A stretch of DNA of 64,000 nucleotides from an uncultured Gemmatimonadales bacterium (GTDB lineage: Bacteria > Gemmatimonadota > Gemmatimonadetes > Longimicrobiales > Gaopeijiaceae). Positions 58,112 through 64,000 of the stretch are shown one piece after another; the stretch's first letter is position 1, and every line of letters begins with the position of its first letter. The DNA lies in contig CAWELD010000003.1 in NCBI GenBank assembly GCA_963809895.1, positions 3,040,001 to 3,104,000 of the forward strand, written 5' to 3'. The translations under genes were made by a program, and so were the position numbers. The notes under the pieces were generated by a model, which made no database searches, was not told where the DNA came from, and saw only the letters and a program-made list of their open reading frames with translations.

Positions 58112-58762
58112 TCAGGGCAGTTTGATCGTCACATCCAGATACGTGCCTTGCTGGGTGACCGTGAGCGCACAGCTGCCAGGCACCCCCGAGCCGCCCGCTC
58201 CGTCGTTGAAGTAGCGGAAGCACATGCCCACGATGTCGCCGACCTCTGCGGCGAGGTCATCCGGGTCGCCGGTGTTCAGAGGATGCGAGAACTCGTAGAA
58301 GGCGGTGGCGCCGTCCTGGCCCACGGCGCCCTCTCCGTCCTGCGATACGTCGTCCAGCGTGTAGCTACCGCCCGAGTACTGCCCGTCGGTGATCGCGCCG
58401 GACCCCGACAAACCGAAGGCGTCGTCGCCGACCGTGAGCAGGTTGTCGTTGTCGTTGTCGAAGCGGACCTCGAACTGATCCGTCGGCGCGGCCTGGTCCG
58501 TGACCTCCAGAGCGACATAGAGGTTCGTCCCATCGGTGGTGATCAGGATCGTCGAAGGGCCGATGCCCGGCGCGATCTCCGTGGTGGGCTGAAACTCCGT
58601 GGCACCGTCCCACTCGCCGGGACTCCGGATGCCGTCGATGGTCGGTGGCTGAGGCAGTGGAGCGGTGCCGTCGTCGCCGCAGCCGACCGCCAGGGCGGCA
58701 ATCAGAAGCAGGCCGGGTCCGCGTGCGATCGCCCGGTTGAAGGAGGCTCGCGTCAGTTCCAT
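58112..58762 (-). CDS. Lipoprotein with CBM9/DOMON-like domain
   Basis: LAVGC lipobox; PTIDG...GEWDGA; DGTNLYVALEVTD; YEFSHPL. Confidence 0.65.
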   Translation of the reverse strand: MELTRASFNRAIARGPGLLLIAALAVGCGDDGTAPLPQPPTIDGIRSPGEWDGATEFQPTTEIAPGIGPSTILITTDGTNLYVALEVTDQAAPTDQFEVRFDNDNDNLLTVGDDAFGLSGSGAITDGQYSGGSYTLDDVSQDGEGAVGQDGATAFYEFSHPLNTGDPDDLAAEVGDIVGMCFRYFNDGAGGSGVPGSCALTVTQQGTYLDVTIKLP

Positions 58763-58938
58763 CGGAAGGGACCCGGTTGGGGGTGGGCGCGTTGTACGGA
58801 GGGTCGTAGTGTAGCGCCGTCCATGCCCCCGTGGCGAGCGACCGGGGGGCGATGAGGCCGAGGACTATGCCTCCGACGAGACCGCCGGGTGACGAACCCG
58901 ACGCCGGTCGCATGCCCGCGACGACGCACTTCCAGGGA

Positions 58939-58983
58939 TTTTACCCAGGGAATATTGACACCGTAATTTTACCCGGGTATAAT
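58939..58983 (+). promoter_or_regulatory. Consensus sigma70 promoter with two palindromic operator-like sites
   Basis: TTGACA 58955-58960, 17 bp spacer, TATAAT 58978-58983; TTTTACCCAGGGAATA 58939-58954 and TTTTACCCGGGTATAA 58967-58982. Confidence 0.85.
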
Positions 58984-59027
58984 CTCTCCTCGGCAGTCAT
59001 CCAGAGGCTTGTGGTACGTGGGAGATC

Positions 59028-59678
59028 ATGATGAAACACACACAGGTCGCGCGCGGGAGCCATACCGCCTTCGCGGGCCACGAGAGGATCGCCACGGGCC
59101 CGCTGGCGGAGGTGGCGCGGCGGACGAAGGAACGGCTGGAGGACGGCGAAGAGCGTCTCGTCCTCATCTTCGACGACGAGACGGGGCGGCCGGTGGACGT
59201 GGACTTCCGGGGCACGCCCGCCGAGGTCGCAGCGCGGGTCGAGAGGGCCGGGGGGATGGCGCCCGTGACGACGAAGGAAGGCGGGAAGCGAAGGACGGGG
59301 CCCGGCCGCCCACGCCTGGGCGTGGTCTCGCGCGAGGTGTCGTTGCTGCCGCGGCACTGGGAGTGGCTGGGACGTCAGCCGGGCAGCACCTCGGCGACGC
59401 TGCGCAAGCTGGTCGAGGCGGCACGGCGAGAGAGCGCGCGCGACGACCGTGCGCGCCAGGTACGAGACGCGGCGTACCGGTTCATGCACGCCCTGGGCGG
59501 CGACCTGCTGGGCTTCGAAGAAGCGTCCCGAGCGCTCTTCCGGGGTGACGTGGCGGGGGTGGAGGCGGAGGTGGCGGGTTGGCCGGCGGACGTGCGCGAT
59601 CATCTGCTCCGCATGCTTCGGCCGCTGGCGCACGATCTCCCCGCGGAAGCGGGTCCCGACGCCATCCCCCCGACGTAG
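59028..59678 (+). CDS. DUF2239 family protein
   Basis: LIFDDETGRPVDVDFRG, GRPRLGVVSREVSLLPRHWEWL, AAYRFM..LGGDL.GFEEASRALF, WPADVRDH. Confidence 0.88.
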   Translation: MMKHTQVARGSHTAFAGHERIATGPLAEVARRTKERLEDGEERLVLIFDDETGRPVDVDFRGTPAEVAARVERAGGMAPVTTKEGGKRRTGPGRPRLGVVSREVSLLPRHWEWLGRQPGSTSATLRKLVEAARRESARDDRARQVRDAAYRFMHALGGDLLGFEEASRALFRGDVAGVEAEVAGWPADVRDHLLRMLRPLAHDLPAEAGPDAIPPT

Positions 59679-59723
59679 CGACCCGGTTCAGTGCATTCGA
59701 GGCGACAGCCCCAGAGGATTCCC

Positions 59724-60179
59724 ATGCAAGAAGACAACAAGACACTCCTGAGGGCGTTCATCGATGAGGTGTGGAACGCCGGCAGGGCCGAAGCGGCTGC
59801 GCACTACGTCGCGCCTCGGTACACGATCCATCACGACCCCGGCGACCCCTGGGACGGCCAGGAGCTGGACCTGGTGGGATACCAGGAGCGCGTCCGCATC
59901 TCGCGCGCTCCCTTTCCCGATCAGCGCTTCGAGATCCAGGAGCTGGTGGCGGAAGGAGACCGGGTGGTGATGACCTGGCACTGGACCGCCACCCACCGCG
60001 GCGATCTCCCCGGGTTTCCGGCTACGGGCGACGCCATCCGCATGTCGGGTGCGACCGTGTATCACATCGAAGACGGACGCTTCACGGGCCACTGGCAGAT
60101 CACCGACCGCCTGGGGGTGTACGCGCAGCTCCAGCGGGGGGCCGGGCGGAAGAGCCCGAACGCGGAGGTGTCCGGGTAG
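59724..60179 (+). CDS. SnoaL-like ester cyclase family protein
   Basis: NKTLLRAFIDEVWN, FPD..FEIQELVAEGDRV, THRG...PATG, DRLGVYAQL. Confidence 0.88.
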   Translation: MQEDNKTLLRAFIDEVWNAGRAEAAAHYVAPRYTIHHDPGDPWDGQELDLVGYQERVRISRAPFPDQRFEIQELVAEGDRVVMTWHWTATHRGDLPGFPATGDAIRMSGATVYHIEDGRFTGHWQITDRLGVYAQLQRGAGRKSPNAEVSG

Positions 60180-61371
60180 CCTCCTCTCCGACGCCTCCGG
60201 GCGGATCCACCCGCAGAAAGAACCCTCCGCTCGCGTACACGCCGCCCACCACCCTGATCAGGACGTGGTTCTCCCCGGCTGTCAGGGGAATCGACGCGGT
60301 GGCGCCGGCGTGCTCCGGGTTCTCCCCGACGTCCCACCATGCCGCGTCCTCGCCGCCCACGAACCCCAGGAAGTCGCCGTTCACCCACAGCGCCAGGTCG
60401 TCCACGGTGCTGATGGCCAGGTGACCGGTGCCGTCGACAGGCGAGTCCACGACGCCGTGGAAATAGGCGACCCGACGAGAGTCCCGCTGCTCGGTGATCC
60501 GGGCCGTCACCACGGCACCCCGTGGATCGGTCGCGAAGGGCCGCCATCGCATGGTGCGCCCGTCGTCCTCCACCGTCAGCTCCGGATCGAAGGGCTCGGT
60601 CTCAGCCTCCCGCACCATGGTGGTGAGCGGGCCCAGAACCTCCCAGCGCGTCACCAGCCGCTCCGGCGCGTACGCCACCGATGGGAGGGGAGGACCGTCG
60701 TACCCGAACCCGTCGATGGCACGCACGACCACGTCATCGATCCATACCGCGCCCCCTGGGCTCCGAGGCTCGAAGCCGAACGCCCCAGGGCCCTGGGGAG
60801 CCCCGAAAGGAAGAGTGAACCGGGGCATGGTCAGGTCCCCCACGTAGAGATGAGCCTCGCCGCCCACCACCTCCAGGGCGAAGGGGATCCAGCGACCGAT
60901 CTCGATCTGTGCCGAGCCGTCGAGGGGCGTGCGCCGCTCCTCGTACAGGGTACGTCCCACGTTGGTGTCGTAATGGGGATTCGCCCGCACGTAGCTCCCG
61001 TTGCCCTTGATGTAGAGGCCGCCGAAGTCGGAACGCCGGCCATCATCCTGATAGCGGTAGATGAAGCACAGGTAGTTGTTGACGTCCTCAGGAAAGAAGA
61101 CGCGCCCCTCGACGCGCACGTCGCCCCATTGGTCCGACCCTTCCATGAGCGCGTATACGGGTAGCGTCTGCATCTGGAGGGCCAGGGCACGGCCGTGTGT
61201 GGGATCCCCCGTCTCCACGACCTCCTGGCCCTGCCCGAGCGGGAAGCGCCAGTGACCCAGACCACTCTCGAAGTCGTCGGCGAACAACACCTGCGCGGCT
61301 CCGACCGAGGGCCAGGCCGACAGGAGCCCGACCAGGGCTCCGATCAGTCCATGGCATCGCAACGTCCGCAC
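60100..61371 (-). CDS. Secreted protein with ConA-like (DUF1080-like) and jelly-roll domains
   Basis: Signal peptide, LFADDFESG, VWIDDVVV, W.VLGP, STVDDLALWVNG, LTAGENHVLIRV; start and 3' end uncertain (80 bp convergent overlap). Confidence 0.65.
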   Translation of the reverse strand: MRTLRCHGLIGALVGLLSAWPSVGAAQVLFADDFESGLGHWRFPLGQGQEVVETGDPTHGRALALQMQTLPVYALMEGSDQWGDVRVEGRVFFPEDVNNYLCFIYRYQDDGRRSDFGGLYIKGNGSYVRANPHYDTNVGRTLYEERRTPLDGSAQIEIGRWIPFALEVVGGEAHLYVGDLTMPRFTLPFGAPQGPGAFGFEPRSPGGAVWIDDVVVRAIDGFGYDGPPLPSVAYAPERLVTRWEVLGPLTTMVREAETEPFDPELTVEDDGRTMRWRPFATDPRGAVVTARITEQRDSRRVAYFHGVVDSPVDGTGHLAISTVDDLALWVNGDFLGFVGGEDAAWWDVGENPEHAGATASIPLTAGENHVLIRVVGGVYASGGFFLRVDPPGGVGEEATRTPPRSGSSARPPAGAARTPPGGR

Positions 61372-61547
61372 CGTTCCCCTCCCTGTCTCCCGTCACGTTC
61401 CTTCGGGGCCCGGCGGGCTCCCGACCGATGAAGACCCAGTGTGGGGCAGAGACGGTCACTCCGGAGGCGCGAGCTCGGCGGATCGTGGAGAAGGGCCGGT
61501 GGGCGGTGGAGCGGCAGCGGCGAAAGAGGTGCGCGGGCGGCGAGCGG

Positions 61548-64000
61548 CTAGAAGTACACGGTCACATCCACGACCATGCCGGAGAACCGGCTCTCCATGG
61601 CGCTCACCTGGCCGGCCGCGCCGCTGGCGGGTCCCGCTCCACCCGACAGGAAGAACTTGTAGCTGCTCCCGTCGCTGCCGATGCTCACCCCGCAGTTCTC
61701 GCTCGGGGGTGGGAAGGGCGTCGAGAAGTTCCTGGTGATGTCGGTCCCCCAGTAGGCCGTGTCGTTGAAGCTGTGAGCGTGCATGGCATAGGTGGTCGCC
61801 CCTTCCTGCAGCGGGAACTCGATGTAGGCCGCGATGCAGACCCGGGGATTGCCGAACTCGTCGGTGTAGAACTCCTGGTGGTAATCCCAGTTGCCCGAGA
61901 TCATCCGGGGCTGCGGGGGCTCGACGATCACGGTGGCCATGGCGGTGCCCAGTGAGGTCGTGCCGTCGTCGCCGAACACCTCGACGGTGATGTTGTCCGT
62001 GCCCTCGTCGGCGACGTTCGCCGTGTAGGTCACCGTGCTCAGGCCGCTGAGGCTCCCCGCCGCCGGGAAGATCGATCCGTGCTCGCCGCTGGTGCCGTAG
62101 GAATAGAAGGCTCCGTTCTCCGGGGTCGGGTCGATGGTCACCTGGAAGTCGACGGCTTCACCCCCACGCACGATCTGCTCAGTCGGGACGAAGCCGATCT
62201 CGTATTGCACCTCCTTCACATCGACGGTAGCCGCGTTGGACGTGCCGAGCACCGGCCGGTCGCCGGCCCCCAGGATCGCCGATACGGTGACCGTCACCTG
62301 ATCGGTACCCGTGGTCCCGTCGTTCGCGATGTACCACACCTGCGGCTGCGTGCTCATGACCTCTTTGCCCGTCTCGCCAGCCATGGTCCGAAGGACCCCG
62401 TGGGCCCCCGTCGTCACCCATTTGTACTCGAATCCGGTCACACCGGTGGGCGGATCCTGCAGCGCCACCGCGAGCTGCAGCGAGTCGTCGAGCTCCACGT
62501 CGCTGGACGCCGGGGTGAGGTTCACGGTCCACGGCGCCACGGTCACGTCGAACACCTCGACCTGGTTCGAGCTCAGGATGTCGATGGCCTGCCGCGCCCA
62601 ATCCTGGGCCTGCAGGAAGAGGTCGAACTTTCCCAGCACCTCGCCGACCACCTTGCTACCTTCCTCGAACGCCTGGTATCCCGACAGATCGTCGGGTCCG
62701 ACGAGGAATGCCACCGTGGCGAAGAACTCCATGACGGTGGACTGGAAGAGACCGTTACCGTCCTTGATGAGTGCTTCGTCGAGCTCGTAGAGCGCTCCGC
62801 GCATCTCTCCCTTGCTCGCCGCCTCCACGGCCTTGGGCGCAGCACTGGTGATGGCGTTGATGATCGAGGTCAACTGGCTCGCGCCATCGGTACGTTCCAG
62901 GAACGCGTTGATCTTCTCCTTGTTCATGGGAATGATCGCGCTGGTCATGAGCGGCACGAAGAAGTCCAGGACCATGGACTTCAGCACCAGCGACCGCAGC
63001 TCGGTCTGACGTGCTTCGCTCAGGTCGCCGCTCTCCGGGACGTAGATCCCGGGTCCGACGACCGTGACCTCGTATTTCGTCTCGGTAGCGTCGACCGGCA
63101 CCAGTGGCACTCCGATGGGCTTCGAATTGACCTGCGTGTACACGCCCGCGTCCTTGCCGAGCAGCCACGCGACACCGACATCGGTGATCGCGCCGAAGAC
63201 CGAGGTGACGCCACGGGTCGGAGAGATGTCGACCTTCGCGACCTGGCCGCCGTCCGGCTCGGTCCGGTCGACGTAGGCGGTCGCGCGCCGCCGGAACTGG
63301 TTGCGCACGACCACATCGCTGAGACCGTCGGGATCCACCCGCAGCCCGCTCCGGGGACCCGGGTCGTTCACCCCCACCACGCGGTCCGGAGACGCATCGG
63401 GGTCGGCCGATGCCAGGAGCGCTGCGGCGATCTGCGAGCGAACAGCATCCAATGCCGGGGCGTCCACGTCGAGATGATGCGGCGCGGCCTTCAGCGTCGC
63501 GGCGACCGCGTCCTCGAGCGGCCCCAACGAAGCGTCCTCCGTCAATGCCCGCGCCATGGGACCGATCAGCTCCTGCTGGAGGAGGAAGCCACCGACATCG
63601 AAGAAGGCCATGACCTCGGCGGTCGAGCGCGCCGACAGGGTGTTCATGTCCACGTCCGGGTCCACGAAGCCGAACAGAACCGGGTGGCCGTCCGGATCGA
63701 GTACGATGGCCAGTTGAGGGCCGCCCTCGAAGGCAGGGATCACGAAGGGCGTCGGAGCGACGGGCGTCTCGTGGCCGAGGGCTGACCACACCACGAGCTG
63801 CGACGCATCGATCCCCGCGCCGCCGGGCAACTCGACGCCCACGGTGATGTCGGTGGCCTCGAGTCCGAGCTCGGGGTCCGGATCCGGGGGCACCGCAGGA
63901 AACACGGTCAGAGTGACGGCACCCGACTGCCCCTCGCTGGTGGCGGTGATCGTGGCAGAGCCCCGCGCCACCGCGGTCACCAGGCCCGATGCGTCGACGG
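61548..64000 (-). CDS. Large exported protein with Ig-like repeats; 5' end outside window
   Basis: GLVTAVARGSATITATSEG (Big_2-type), later YKW.TTGAHG and YTA...GTD.ITV Ig-like modules. Confidence 0.75.
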   Translation of the reverse strand, partial: VDASGLVTAVARGSATITATSEGQSGAVTLTVFPAVPPDPDPELGLEATDITVGVELPGGAGIDASQLVVWSALGHETPVAPTPFVIPAFEGGPQLAIVLDPDGHPVLFGFVDPDVDMNTLSARSTAEVMAFFDVGGFLLQQELIGPMARALTEDASLGPLEDAVAATLKAAPHHLDVDAPALDAVRSQIAAALLASADPDASPDRVVGVNDPGPRSGLRVDPDGLSDVVVRNQFRRRATAYVDRTEPDGGQVAKVDISPTRGVTSVFGAITDVGVAWLLGKDAGVYTQVNSKPIGVPLVPVDATETKYEVTVVGPGIYVPESGDLSEARQTELRSLVLKSMVLDFFVPLMTSAIIPMNKEKINAFLERTDGASQLTSIINAITSAAPKAVEAASKGEMRGALYELDEALIKDGNGLFQSTVMEFFATVAFLVGPDDLSGYQAFEEGSKVVGEVLGKFDLFLQAQDWARQAIDILSSNQVEVFDVTVAPWTVNLTPASSDVELDDSLQLAVALQDPPTGVTGFEYKWVTTGAHGVLRTMAGETGKEVMSTQPQVWYIANDGTTGTDQVTVTVSAILGAGDRPVLGTSNAATVDVKEVQYEIGFVPTEQIVRGGEAVDFQVTIDPTPENGAFYSYGTSGEHGSIFPAAGSLSGLSTVTYTANVADEGTDNITVEVFGDDGTTSLGTAMATVIVEPPQPRMISGNWDYHQEFYTDEFGNPRVCIAAYIEFPLQEGATTYAMHAHSFNDTAYWGTDITRNFSTPFPPPSENCGVSIGSDGSSYKFFLSGGAGPASGAAGQVSAMESRFSGMVVDVTVYF

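Noticed and set aside
60100..60179. 80 bp convergent overlap as a regulatory feature
   Set aside because: The overlapping tail is low-complexity and may reflect a lost stop or another indel; nothing supports a function

Overview
High-GC bacterial DNA. The gene repertoire (PadR plus duplicated orphan MacB-type permeases, Ser/Thr kinase-TolB-TPR proteins, an ECF43-like sigma/kinase pair, Ig-domain lipoproteins, beta-propellers) suggests Gemmatimonadota or a similar lineage; this is inference. About 45 CDS are supported, including lat, a four-gene ABC exporter, a CSLREA surface protein, a tricorn protease, fused secDF and a hybrid two-component system. I saw no rRNA, tRNA, CRISPR array or transposase. 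Six genes are split by apparent single-base indels at short homopolymers, most likely long-read assembly errors. Best leads: (1) two leader ORFs ending in RAPP/RGPP ribosome-arrest motifs, each with its stop codon base-paired to the region just before the next gene (secDF; a porin operon); (2) a ~180 bp element with ~62 bp periodic degenerate motifs and unrelated spacers, found once behind an AbiEi/DUF559 nuclease gene and once as an orphan 25 kb away; (3) a cytochrome c/beta-barrel fusion next to a pentaheme cytochrome; (4) a perfect sigma70 promoter with paired palindromes ahead of a DUF2239 gene; (5) a palindromic operator core shared by two PadR-permease pairs. All family assignments are from motif recognition; no database search was run.
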